Below are positions 26,628 to 38,909 of a stretch of 64,000 nucleotides of DNA, piece after piece (position 1 is the stretch's first letter; each line of letters opens with the position of its first letter). The stretch comes from Octopus sinensis (lineage: Eukaryota): the NCBI RefSeq assembly GCF_006345805.1, contig NC_043005.1, positions 11,284,001 through 11,348,000 on the forward strand, given 5' to 3'. The translations under genes and the position numbers were made by a program. The notes beneath the pieces are model-generated. The model was not told where the DNA came from. It ran no database searches and saw only the letters and a list, made by a program, of their open reading frames with translations.

Positions 26628-27007
26628 CAGTACTTCGTCGGTTACGACGACAAGGGTTCCGGTTGATCCGATCAACGGAACAGTCGGCTCGTGAAATTAA
26701 CGTGCAAGTGGCTGAGCACTCCACAGACATGTGTACCCTTAACGTAGTTCTCGGGGAGATTCAGCGTGACACAAAGTATGACAAGGCTGGCCCTTTGAAA
26801 TACAGGTACAACAGAAACAGGAAGTAAGAGTGAGAGAAAGTTGTGGGGAAAATATACAGCAAGGTTCGCCACCAACCCTGCCCGAGCCTCGTTGAGCTTT
26901 AGGTGTTTTCGCGCAATAAACAGTCACAACGCCCGGTCTGGGAATCGAAACCGCTATCCTATGACCGCGAGTCCGCTGCGCTAACCACTGGGTCATTGCG
27001 CCTCCAC
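26628..27007 (-). mobile_element. SINE family B (tail type 2)
   Basis: Matches 8716-9087. Confidence 0.92.
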
Positions 27008-27009
27008 CA

Positions 27010-27530
27010 TACATACACACATACATACATACATATATACATACATACATACATACATACATACATGCATGCATACATACATACATACATACATACATAC
27101 ATACATACACACATAATGCATACATACACACACATACATGCATACATACATACACACACACACATACATACATACATTCATGCATACATACATACACACA
27201 CACATGCATGCATACATACATACATGCACATACATACATGCATACATACATACATACATACATACACATACACACATACATGCATACATACATACATACA
27301 TACATACACATACATACATACATACATACATACATACATACATACATACATACATACATACATACATACATGCATACATACATACACACACATACATACA
27401 TGCATATATACATACACACACATACGTGCAAACATACATACATACATACATACACACACACATACATACATACATACATACATACATACATACATACATA
27501 CATACATACATACGTACATACATACACACA
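27010..27530. repeat. (CATA)n microsatellite
   Basis: Read directly. Confidence 0.95.
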
Positions 27531-27851
27531 TGGAAGTCTCAATATACATTCTCATCTTCTCAGAAGTTAAAATCTATAATCCTAATTTGGTGGACGCCTG
27601 ATTACCTACGGCCAAACTGACCATACGACTATAATGGTCTTTGCAGCCATTTGTGGAATAAATATGTTGACGGGCCAACGGGGAAAACAATATGTTGTCG
27701 TCTGAGTCGTAGGGAATAGCAAATATAGCAATCTAGCGTTTTTACAAAAATACAGAAAAAAAAACAAAAATAAAACAAAATGTACATAGTAAAAACAATA
27801 GAATATATTTTACGCTATAGGGATAGAAATATGATTGAGAAAGAGAGATAA

Positions 27852-27884
<33 letters not shown>

Positions 27885-28617
27885 GTAGAGATAGATTATT
27901 GTTATGCCTTAACGTTATAGTTTTCCCCTTTTTCGGCAAAAATTAATTTCACTGTTTGTTAGCATTACAAATTTCTGACATTAAACCTCTCAAGAATAAG
28001 AAAAAAAAAAAAAAATAGACGAGAGGGTCACATCCGGGTAGTCTTTGATCGAAGTTCTGCTCAAGGAAGGTTAATCCTAAAGATAAACAGTAACAAATAA
28101 ATAAGATTATCATAATTTTATCAGCAAATTTCCGTTATTTTCTCAAGATGATGTGTTGCTCGTGTCTGAACTTTAGAGCCAAAAGCCATGGAGAGCTATC
28201 AAGTGCAAATACCAAAGATGAAACAATATCAAGCTGTGATGCTGTAAATATACTGGTTGAGCAATAGAAGATAGAAATCCAATATTGAGAAGCTGAGCTA
28301 GCGAGTTTGTTTCGACTTTTAAAGGCGGGGAGTTTTATTTTATGCAGCAGACGGAATTCAGTCTCTGATATCGCAAATAGCCAACAGGCTTGTTATAAAT
28401 ATATATTAACGACGGAAGCAAAATTAATACCAAATAATACCAAAATTAATACCAATATTCGACGTTGTAATAGATTCTATCAAGGCGCATTATTCGGCAT
28501 TTTAAAAATTGCCATTCACTATAAATACTGTTTCCATCGCCAATATTTATCTTTTGATAAACCTGCAGGCTGTTTACTACATCAGTGACCTTAAGTCCTC
28601 GTTATTCTCTCTCGCTT

Positions 28618-28687
<70 letters not shown>

Positions 28688-28689
28688 AG

Positions 28690-29234
28690 AGCAAAACGCC
28701 CCCCCCCGTCCAATGGACGGTACTAAACCATATCTGCTGAATAAAAAGCAATCAGTGTTTTCTTTTCATTAAAAAATAATTAAGCATGCCTTTATTTCAA
28801 TAAAAGTTTTGGTTTTGTTTAAACGAAGTTTAGTGCAAAAAAAAAAGAACTTCTTGAAAAACCAAATAGTCGTTCCTTCCTCATGCCAAGTTTGAAGAAA
28901 ATATCTCTTTTGGATCTTACGTTTTCGGCTTCTTAAATATACTGCATTTTGTGGCATTATTTCAAGCCAGCCGGCTTTTTTTGCGCAAACTGCACGTGGA
29001 TTTTTCTCGCGTATGCGTAGTATCGATCGCAACAGCTGATGTACTTGCGCGTTCAAATGCACGTTTCCACGGCTTTATCGATCGAATTCTCACCTGGAAT
29101 CGATTTTTGTAATTTTTTCAAGACTTATACACGCCCTGATACCGTCGGTATCTACATATCAAATTTGAGCGTCATCGGATGGAAGATGCCCTAGAAGACA
29201 CACACAGACAGAACGGACTTTATATAATAGTTGA
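28690..29234 (-). mobile_element. Probable 5' portion of a second Helitron family
   Basis: Minus-strand start TCAACTATTATATAAAG followed by (CTGT)/(TG), the same layout as the family F 5' end; no CTAG end found. Confidence 0.5.
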
Positions 29235-29489
29235 CACTGAGATTTGGCTTGTATCCAGTGAGCTGGACTCCTGTAACTGAGGAAGTACAGTGCGCTGAAA
29301 TCACGTAATCCAGCAGTTCCGGCACCTATGCAAGACCGTTCCCGTCTGCTAAACATATATGTACGAGTGTGTGAAGTATTCTTGAGGCGAGTACGGCGTT
29401 CTAAAAATACATCCAAGTTTCGTAGGATATAAAAATTGCCATTCTGAATAATTACTGCATCTGTCACTAATATTTATAGTTTATAGAAA

Positions 29490-29501
29490 TGTATATATAT
29501 G

Positions 29502-29572
<71 letters not shown>

Positions 29573-29613
29573 TATATTATATATATATATATGTAAGTAT
29601 GGGTGTATTATCT

Positions 29614-29670
<57 letters not shown>

Positions 29671-29738
29671 ATATCTATCTACCTATCTATCTATCTATCT
29701 ATCTATCTATTATCTATCTATCTATATATGTAGCTATC

Positions 29739-29809
<71 letters not shown>

Positions 29810-29932
29810 TATATATACATATATATATATACGTAGTTCTCGGGAAGATTCAGCAGGACACAGATATATATATATATACGTAGTTCTCGGGAAGATTCAG
29901 CAGGACACAGATATATATATATATATATATAT

Positions 29933-29972
<40 letters not shown>
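29490..29972. repeat. (TA)n/(TCTA)n/(TC)n/(AG)n compound microsatellite
   Basis: Read directly. Confidence 0.95.
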
Positions 29973-29975
<3 letters not shown>

Positions 29976-31157
29976 GGTGCGTAAGATATTTGAGGACAGA
30001 TTTATGTTTATAAAAACAGTTATATAATAAGAGAAAATAACTTTATGAAAAGATACTATGAGGAGAAAAATAAACCTTTCCTATAATGTTATTCAATAAA
30101 GCCATAATCAGCTTCAACAACTGCCTCTATATGAGATCTAAATCATCTACATGATCGAATCAAGTGGTCCTGGTTGAAATTGGACATTACTCTGACTATG
30201 GCAGCTTTCAAAGAATCTTTGGTGTTATAGGCGTGTTCATTGACCTCTCTCTCTTAACAACACTCCACATGTAATAGTCTAGTGGGTTGAAATATGGGGA
30301 ATTAGGAGGCCAAATGTAAGGGGTTATGTGATCATGAAAATATTCAGCCATCCATTTCTGTGTTAATAGAGCCATGTGTGATAGTGCAGAATCTTACTGA
30401 AACACATATGGCCTTCCATTGCATACACTGTCTATCCAGGGTTTAATAATTATTTCCAGGACCTCAATGTAGGCGGCGGATTTAACTTGAAGGCCTTGTG
30501 GAAAGAAGTAAGGAGGCATCACATGTCCTTTATTGCTGACAACATTTAAAATCATGACAGTTGCAGGAAATTTTGTATACATAACACTTGGAACTTCAGA
30601 AGGGTCTGCACATAACCACCTGTCATTTCTTCTGTTAACTTTTTGATCTTTGAGAAAACCCAAATCAAATCTTCTGCTGGATTTTTCAGTTTGTTTAGGA
30701 GCCTTTTAGATCTGATGGGATTTATTTTGCTTTTTCTAATGAATTGACCTTTCCTCATCATATAAGACTGATGTCTTCGTAGACAACATTTCTGACTGTT
30801 CCTTCTGACACATGGATATCTTTTGCAATTGACCTCATGGGATTATAATCAATGGTCTGTTGAACTTGATTGATATATTCAGGTCCTAAGAGTATTTAGA
30901 ATGCGTTTTATACTTTGATACAGGTGATACGTTTCCGTCTTCAGTCTCTAACTCCTTACAAACTTTGTAGACGATAGATCTGGCAACTTTTAAAAATCGA
31001 GATACTTCTAAATCGCTATTATAACCACAATAACAGCATGCCTTTTCATTTCTTGAGGAAGCTGAAGGTCTGGCATTATTATTTGTTGAAACAAAGATTA
31101 GAGAGTGTTAGCAAAAAATGCAACAATGGCATGTCTTCAAATACCTTACGCACCCTG
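29973..31157 (-). mobile_element. Full-length Tc1/mariner-superfamily DD37D (maT/Bmmar1-like) transposon, inactive
   Basis: TIRs AGGGTGCGTAAGATATTTGAGGACA / TGTCTTCAAATACCTTACGCACCCTG|TA. Confidence 0.92.
30089..31076 (-). pseudogene. DD37D transposase pseudogene
   Basis: MPDLQLPQEMKRHA start; NRRNDRW; YVFQ*DSA.SH...WPPNSP..NPLDYYMWS with 37 residues between the last two Asp; stops and frameshifts. Confidence 0.92.
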
Positions 31158-31390
31158 TATATATATATATAATATATATACATACTCACATACACACACA
31201 CACCGGGATGCTACACTATTTTCGCTCACAAAATTTCAACTGAGACTACAGACCATTGTGCCGTAGAGCGGGAGGAGACCCATATTAGTTGGTTGCGCAC
31301 TGAAACTTCTGAACCTCTCAGCTATGCTGACATCCGCATAACTAAGAACGTAGCTGCTACTGTTGCTGCTGCTGCTGTTGCTGTTTCTGT

Positions 31391-31739
31391 TGAGCGAACT
31401 GTCTTCGTCCCAGAGCTCGTGGTCCTTTGCTTTTCGTAAGACCCGCAGAAGAGAAAGCAGGTCAACCCCGACACCGAGATCATCGACGGATGGACGAATG
31501 CGCATCCAGGCTCAGCGGTTGCGTAGGAAGTCGGGGACAAGATACAGGAAGAAAGAGTGAGAGAAAGTTGGAGCGAAAGAGTACAACAGGGGTCGCCACC
31601 GCCACCCCCCTGCCGGAGCAACGTGTAGCTTTAGGTGTTTTCGCTCAATAGACACGCACAACGGCCGGTCTGGGAATCGAAACCGCGATCCTCCGACCGC
31701 GAGTCCGCTGCTCTAACCATTGGGCCATTGCGCCTCCAC
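31391..31739 (-). mobile_element. SINE family B head with tail type 3
   Basis: GGAGGCGCAATGGCCCAATGG head; unique 3' part ending in (CAG/CAA)n; TTGCTGCTGCTGCT on both flanks. Confidence 0.88.
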
Positions 31740-32615
31740 TTGCTGCTGCTGCTCGCTGCTAGTGATGACGACGATGATGATGATGATGATGATAGCCACG
31801 GAATATATACTAATATTCATTTCTTATTAATAACTTCCTATCTTCAGCAAGAAAAGGATGGGTAAATCTCTTGAACTTTTGTTTCAGGGACTCACATACT
31901 AATGTGCATAAGAGAGTTGTTCTGTGATCAGAAAGTTTCACCAATTACTTTCAACAAAATGAACACTTCGAAAGACACCTGAGAAACGATAGGAGTAATA
32001 AAGTGGGTAAACGATCTTCCGTCCAACCAGAGGGTCAGTCTCACAGGAGACCGGTGGTTAAATATATTCCAGCAATGGCCATCATGTCCTTTTCGGTATT
32101 TTAGAAGAATAAAATTCAATGAGATTTTGAAAGACGGTTACGGTGAAATTTTAGGAGTATTTGACTGCTATTTCTCGCTGACATAAAGGAGCTTACCATT
32201 ACCTAACAAGTGGTCACGTTTCTCTCATTAGGTGCAACCGCTTTATACAAGACCTACTTCCGTTTCTGCGATAACGTCTGTTTGCACTTATTGACACGTT
32301 CCATAGTTATATACTAATAAGTATAGAATACACTATTCTATACTTATATACTAATACAAACATATGCACCGACACACATCTTCAAATCAACACGCAAGCA
32401 TTAATTAACTGTTCCCACAGATTCTAATTAATAAATTTAATCCATAAGTATTTATTCAAGTTGAGGTTATGGACATTTCCCCAAGATGTGACGCGGGATT
32501 GAGCTAAAATGTTATAATTTATCGGAATACGGATTTAGTCAATAAAATCTCTTTAGTACTTGACTAGGACACATTCGTTTCTTGAAGATTGGAGGGCAAA
32601 GTTCAAGTGGTGGCA

Positions 32616-32683
32616 TGTGAAAACGTACCGTTGAATGGTATGTGAAAGTGTACCGGTGAATGGTATGTGAAAGCGTACCGGTC
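32616..32683 (+). repeat. 25-bp minisatellite, ~2.7 copies
   Basis: TGTGAAAnnGTACCGnTGAATGGTA repeated. Confidence 0.85.
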
Positions 32684-32839
32684 TATTTAGTTACGGACGA
32701 AATTTTGGTTTGCTTTGCACAGCTTACTTGAATACATATACATACATACATACATATATACATACATACCTACACACACACAGACACACACTCTCTCTCT
32801 CTCACACACACACACATACACACATATATATGTATAAAA

Positions 32840-32960
32840 GGTTGTAACACGCAACGAAAATTTTTGGAAAATAAAGATAGGAAATAAGTCAAATTTTACC
32901 GGTGAATGTGTTAAATTATAAGGCACAAAAAGAAAATGACTCTCCCTAGACACAACATAA
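32840..32960. mobile_element. Right end of the MITE family seen at 51410-51588
   Basis: ACCGGTGAATGTGTTAAAT.ATAAGGCAC.AAAAGA.AATGACTCTCCCTAGACACAA shared. Confidence 0.65.
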
Positions 32961-33284
32961 TATATATATATATACTAAATACTGCAAGCTATTTCCTCCG
33001 ACGCTGTAACGATTCTACCAATCCACCAGCCTCAAAAAAGACAGTATACTTCCTAACTTAGATATTTACGTATTTAGATACAAGATGACAAATTTGGAAG
33101 GGAAACGATTAGCCGATTACAGTGACCCAAGTCCTTTATTGCTTAAACTTTGAAAGGATGAAATGCAAGTTTGAATTCAGAATATAAAATCCTAGTACAA
33201 ACACAACACGTCCTTTTTGCCAATCGCTCGGTCTCTTCTGCTAATCCGTTGTTTTTCTCATATATTAATAGCTTTTAATTTAGA

Positions 33285-33495
33285 CAAAAAGCCAGAAATT
33301 TAAGGGGAAGGAATTAATTGATACCGTCGAGACCAATATTTCTGTGGTATTATATTTGATTGACCCTCAGATGGAGGAAAGTCGAAGCTAACCTCGGCGT
33401 GATTTTAACCCAGAAAGTTAAGAGCCAATCAAGAGTCGGAATATATACTGTTGGCATTTTCTCGACACTTTAACGATTCTACTAGCTCACCACCG
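33285..33495 (-). mobile_element. Degraded SINE family E
   Basis: ACCTCGGCG, TAACGATTCTACTAGCTCACCACC. Confidence 0.6.
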
Positions 33496-34831
33496 TTACT
33501 AATATATTATTAATGAAATAAAAATTATATAGTTTTTTTGTTCTTTGCTTGAAATGTTGGCAATTATTGGCAAAACGACAGCAATTAGCAAATGGACTGC
33601 TTGAAAATGCAAGCTAATATTCCAGGAGGACTAATTATCATAAATATGTCGTATATTGAACCAAAAGTACTCCGCTGCGAAATTATTTGTAATTATTGAA
33701 ATTTAGGTTTAAATTAGAAATATTTCATAATGATAATATCATTACATTTCAATGTGGAAATATGCATTTTACTGCTTGCTCTCAGCATCTGAATGAGAGT
33801 GTATATGTATGCGAGTGTATGATTTTGTCTTGCTTTTGTGTATGCCTGTATATTTGTTTGTATGTGTATGTCGTGTATATACATGTGCACGCCATTTGCG
33901 GACGGTTAGCGTATGTGTGTGTGTGTGTGTGCATATGCAAGTGTCTGTATGCTTGTGCATGTCTAGATGTGATTATTTCGATGTATTCTAATGTTTTTCC
34001 TGTATGAATGTTCATACTCTGTTTCTGTAAGTGTAGATTTTGGCTTTGATGAATAAATGTATCGTAAGGTCGCATATTTCTATACATATGTATGAGTTTG
34101 TGAATGTGTGTGTGTGTGTGTATGCGTGAGTATGTAGCTGTATGCTTGTATGCGTGGGTATATGTGTATGTCAAGCTGTGATTATGAAATTACCTTTGAA
34201 CGTCGCTCCTAAGGCCACTATGCGTGAGTATTTATGTGCCTAGAGGATGATTATAAAATTCCGTATGCATGTTTCTCTTTGTGACTGTACATATATATTT
34301 GTACATATTTATAGATGATTGTTTGTACTTCGTGTATGCAGCAGAGTATCAGAGTATTTATAAATATGTATGCGGTGTTGTGTACATGCAAGAGCATGTG
34401 TGTGTATTGGCATAATATGCAACTGAGTCAGCGAATGCAATCATAAAATCGGAAACAGCTCTTAAACAACGTGGCTCCACCTATCGGGAAAAGCGTGACA
34501 AGCAGATTAGGTACAGGTGACCTGCTTGTTCGGCCTGCTTGTAATAGCAGCCAAATAATTACTAAACACCAGTGAACATATCTCCAAATACGACTAATTA
34601 GAAATCATATTCTCGAGTATATTATTACTGAAAATAATGAAGAAGACGTGATTGTCACAGCTGGAAGGTCTTTGACGAAAAGTTTTCTCACGTGAGTCAA
34701 ATTGGAGTTAAACAATATCGAAGCAGTGAGTTGATTAACAAGTAGGTCTCTTTTGACACTAACCTGTATCATGGAGAGCTCAAGGCAAGAGTGTATATAT
34801 GTATTTACACACACACACATATATATTATAT

Positions 34832-34868
<37 letters not shown>

Positions 34869-35024
34869 AAGTGAGAGAGAGAGAAAGAATGAGGAAAGAG
34901 AGAGAGAGAGAAGAAGAGAGAGAGAAAGAGAGAGAGAGAGAAGGATAGAGAGACGAGAGGAAAGAGAGAGAGAGAAAGAGAGAGAGAGAAAGAGAGAGAG
35001 AGACCAAAGTGTACGTACGCCGCT

Positions 35025-35720
35025 ATATTTTATAAATAAAAAATACAAAAATGGGACAAGAATGCAAACATCCAGACAGATGATAAAAAGAAAACAGGGA
35101 TGGGTCATTCAGAGTTTTCTATCTTCACTCGAGTTTCAGATTATCTTTGCAATTTCGGGTGGTAGTACTCGAGATTGCTCCAATCTGGCCAGCCCCAAGG
35201 AAAAACTAAGCTAAGAGCACTAGATTCCTTGGAAGAAAGCAGCGAATATATACGAAGACAAGGACGAAAAAACAGAGAAATTTTACACAAATACAAATGC
35301 AATTAACATGACATAACAACAGATGTCTTTGGACTAAGGACGAATTAAATTAAGCTGGCGTCTGTGGAAATTAAGCTGCCTCATGGCAGCGAAATAATAT
35401 TTACCAGGCACAGGGAGGAATATAGATATTGCACGGATGGTAGTCGAACCAAGAAAGAAAGGTCCGGCCTGGCCGCACACCGGTCCCTTGGGGAGAGAAG
35501 AGAGAGAGAGAGAGAGAGAGATAGGAAGAGGGATAGAAGAATTAAGGAGGGGCGAGAAAAATATGAAAGAGACACAGTGAGGTGAAAGAGGAGGGAAAGT
35601 GGGCATAAAAAGAAGGCCAGGAAATGTGAGAGAGTGGAAACGAAAAAGCGAAGAGTGGAATAAACGAAGTGTGAAGAGATTGATAGAAAGACGGAAAGAA
35701 TAATAGAGTCGTACAAAATT
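35025..35720 (-). mobile_element. Repeat family P, Penelope pLTR-like relic
   Basis: Shares ~120 bp with 20660-20812; pyrimidine-rich on the minus strand; classification is inference. Confidence 0.55.
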
Positions 35721-35784
35721 TATATATATATTAAATATATATATAATATATATTATATATATATATATATATATACACACTCAC

Positions 35785-36135
35785 ACACGTCCAGACCACC
35801 AGTCCTCTTTCACACGTACATACATACTCTCTTATACACACTCGCACCTTTGTGTTGGGGGCACCTTCGTTTTGGAAGTCACTTGACCCTGTTATCTCCC
35901 AGACTGTCCTTCTCTTGTCTGACCACTGTCCGAAGTCAGGACGCCATGTTAGATCGTTAGCTCCTACATGCATTTTTTTCTCTCCTTGTTTCTCTCCTTG
36001 TTTTTTTTCTGTGTATCTTTCTGTCGAAGAGCGTAGGCTCGAAACGTAAAAGACTTCTTTTATTTCTATTCCTGAGCGCTATACTAATACATTTGTTTGT
36101 TTGTACTCACCTGCCTTCGGCTTTTGTTTATTTTC

Positions 36136-36140
<5 letters not shown>
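35785..36140 (+). mobile_element. Hammerhead-bearing Penelope pLTR-like fragment between (TA)n tracts
   Basis: Contains a minimal hammerhead motif and a T-rich tail. Confidence 0.65.
36016..36053 (+). ncRNA. Minimal type I hammerhead motif with an A6U core change
   Basis: TCTTT-CTGTCGA-A-GAGC GTAG GCTC-GAAA-CG-TA-AAAGA; perfect 5-bp stem I and 4-bp stem II. Confidence 0.65.
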
Positions 36141-36184
<44 letters not shown>

Positions 36185-36295
36185 ATATATAGATATTAGT
36201 ATATATTATACTTACATACAAGAGACCAAAGTGTATATTTTATATATATAAATACTAAAATGGTTAGTTTCAGTCTAACATTAAATTTTTATTTG

Positions 36296-36342
36296 TGTCA
36301 AAATATTTTCGTCGCTTTGAAACCGCGACCTGTTCACCGACA
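36296..36342 (-). ncRNA. Minimal hammerhead motif, G3-C8 covariant core
   Basis: Minus strand: TGTCG-GTGAACA-G-GTCGC ggtttcaaa GCGAC-GAAA-ATATT-T-TGACA; palindromic AAAATATTTT stem III. Confidence 0.6.
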
Positions 36343-36404
36343 AAACATGGCGCTGCGTCTAAGAGAATAACAGTTAGTCCATTATATGCATGTGTTCATG
36401 TATG

Positions 36405-36438
<34 letters not shown>

Positions 36439-36641
36439 TGTATGTATGTATATATGTATGTATGTATGCAAGTATATGTGTACGTGCGCATGCATGCATA
36501 TATATACATGTACGCATGTATGTATGTACGTATGTATGTATGTGAGCATTTACGTGTGTAGGCGTGTTTGCGTGTGTGTGTATACGTGCATGTATACGTA
36601 AATGTATATTTGTCTATGATATGTGTGTCTGTTCAGTTGTG

Positions 36642-36685
<44 letters not shown>

Positions 36686-36740
36686 ATATACAACTTGAAC
36701 AGAACACATATCAGTAGGACAAATATACATTTACTTTACA

Positions 36741-36776
<36 letters not shown>

Positions 36777-36986
36777 CAATATATATATATATATATAACT
36801 GTACTCCGTCGAAGGTTGTATATAAACGTTAATTCACCACCTTAAATCTACACATACGCACATACATATAAATCTATGTACACTCATAAATTAATTACAT
36901 ATATATATATATATATATATGTGTGTGTATGTGTGTGTGTGTGTGTGTGTGTGTATTATTATATATATATTATATATATATATATA

Positions 36987-37030
<44 letters not shown>

Positions 37031-37327
37031 TTACATGCATCTCAACATGTATATTTGAATTTCTTCATGTAAACGAGAGAAAGGGATGATTATGGATGGG
37101 TAGTCCCGAGTGGAATCTGGGTGTCACTCCATTCGGATTTACGGTTGAGGGTGGGTTTCTACTCCTTTATACACACAGTTTCGGTGACTTGTCTCAGCAT
37201 TGCATAGTGGCATGTGTAAATAAGTTATCTAACCTAAGTCTCCCTAAGGTGCCGTTGTGTTAGTGTACAGCACGCTGATAGAAGATGGAGTTCAAGCAAT
37301 ATATGTACATATATACAATTTTTTCGA

Positions 37328-37358
<31 letters not shown>

Positions 37359-37547
37359 TTCTGTCTCTCTCTAACACACACACACGCACACACACACACA
37401 CATATACACAGCGATATATGTAATTAGAAACAATCCTTTTGTGTACACACACATATATAAATATGTATACATACACACACATGGTAGATTCATATAAGTA
37501 TATGTGCGTGTGTGTATGTACGTGTGTGTGTGTATGTGTGTGTGTGT

Positions 37548-37585
<38 letters not shown>

Positions 37586-37662
37586 GTTTAGAGGTTAAGA
37601 AGTTCATCCGGAACAATTAACTCCCGAGTTTGCTGCTACTTTACGCCTTGAAGGGCAAGGAT

Positions 37663-37855
37663 GGGTGGAGTGGGGGTGGTGGTGTGGGAGGTGGTGGTGG
37701 TGGTGGTGTGTGGTGGTGGAGTGGTGGTGGAGGTGGTGGTGGTGGTGGGGGGGTGGAGGTGGTGGTGGTGGTGGTGGTGGTGGTGGTGGTGGTGGTGGAG
37801 GTGGTGGTGGAGGTGGTGGTGGTGGTGGTGGGGTGGTGGTGGTTGGTGGTGGGGG
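37663..37855. repeat. (GGT)n tract, G-quadruplex-prone
   Basis: Read directly. Confidence 0.95.
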
Positions 37856-38274
37856 TGTGTGTGTGTATCGGGGAATAGCATGCATTTGTGTGTGTTTGTG
37901 CGCATGTTTTCTTTATATGTGTGCGTACATGCGTGCGTATGTATGAATGTAAATTATATTTAGAAATATATTGTCTGCCCTGCTTTAAATGATGTTTTAA
38001 AGCTTCTACGAATTTTAACTTAGTTGGGTTCCATTCCCAAGCGTGTTCAGCACAATCAAAATCATTCATGCTATTTCGAGCATAATGTTCTTATTGAAGA
38101 ACCTTCTAGAATATAAAATCTCATTATGTATACAATAAAATATCTGTACAGAGGAATATTTTTCCAGCCATGTTTTAAAATAATATCGACTATAAAATAA
38201 TATAAACTGTCAGCGAAAATCATGCGTACCTATATGAAATGCTCATTTAACAATTGTCACACTCTCACTAAGTC

Positions 38275-38585
38275 AACCTTGTTTGTTCCTACTCGAGCCA
38301 TCCCTGGCTCATAAGGGCCGCCGGTTTCCCGGTCTCCTTGGCGTATAGTTTCCAAACCTAGACGGGACACCGGTCCGCCGCAGGTGAGCTGCAAGATGCA
38401 AGAGGAATAAGTGAGAGAAAGTTGTGGCGAAAGAGTCAGCAGAAGTTCGCCACTACCGTCTACCAGAGCCGCATGGAGCTTAGATGTTTCGCTCATAAAT
38501 ACTCACATCGCCAGGTCTGAGATTCGAACCCACGATCCCTCGACCGTGAGTCCACTGCTCTAACCACCAGGCCATGTGCCTCCAC
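38275..38585 (-). mobile_element. SINE with a B-like head and tail type 4
   Basis: Minus-strand GGAGGCACATGGCCTGGTGGTTAGAG, GGTTCGAATCTC; unique 3' part. Confidence 0.85.
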
Positions 38586-38909
38586 ATATTACACCTTACA
38601 GTCTTAAAAATGGGAAGTCTAATGGTTGATTTAGTCCTAGGTATCCTGTGTCTGAAAATCCAGATTGACATGACTCACATGCTTTTAACCATAGGTCTGC
38701 TTATTCAGGACTGGTCTGGAATTGAGTTACAACAACAACAATAACAACAACAGCGATACGTGTTTGCATGCATGTAGAAATAGCCTGGACAATGAGGAGG
38801 ATAGCGAACATCCAGACTATATTACTGCATCTCGTGAAATTAAGTACTATGTGTTGGTATGGGTTGAATAGTTGCTAGCAGAGAAGAGGTTTCCTGTATC
38901 TGGAAGAGT

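Noticed and set aside
27607-27702. Minus-strand 96-nt segment with AG/GT boundaries and an open frame
   Set aside because: Weak polypyrimidine tract and no homology; expected by chance in 64 kb
32616-32683. Repeat array considered as CRISPR
   Set aside because: Units are contiguous with no spacers, the context is eukaryotic and there are no cas genes
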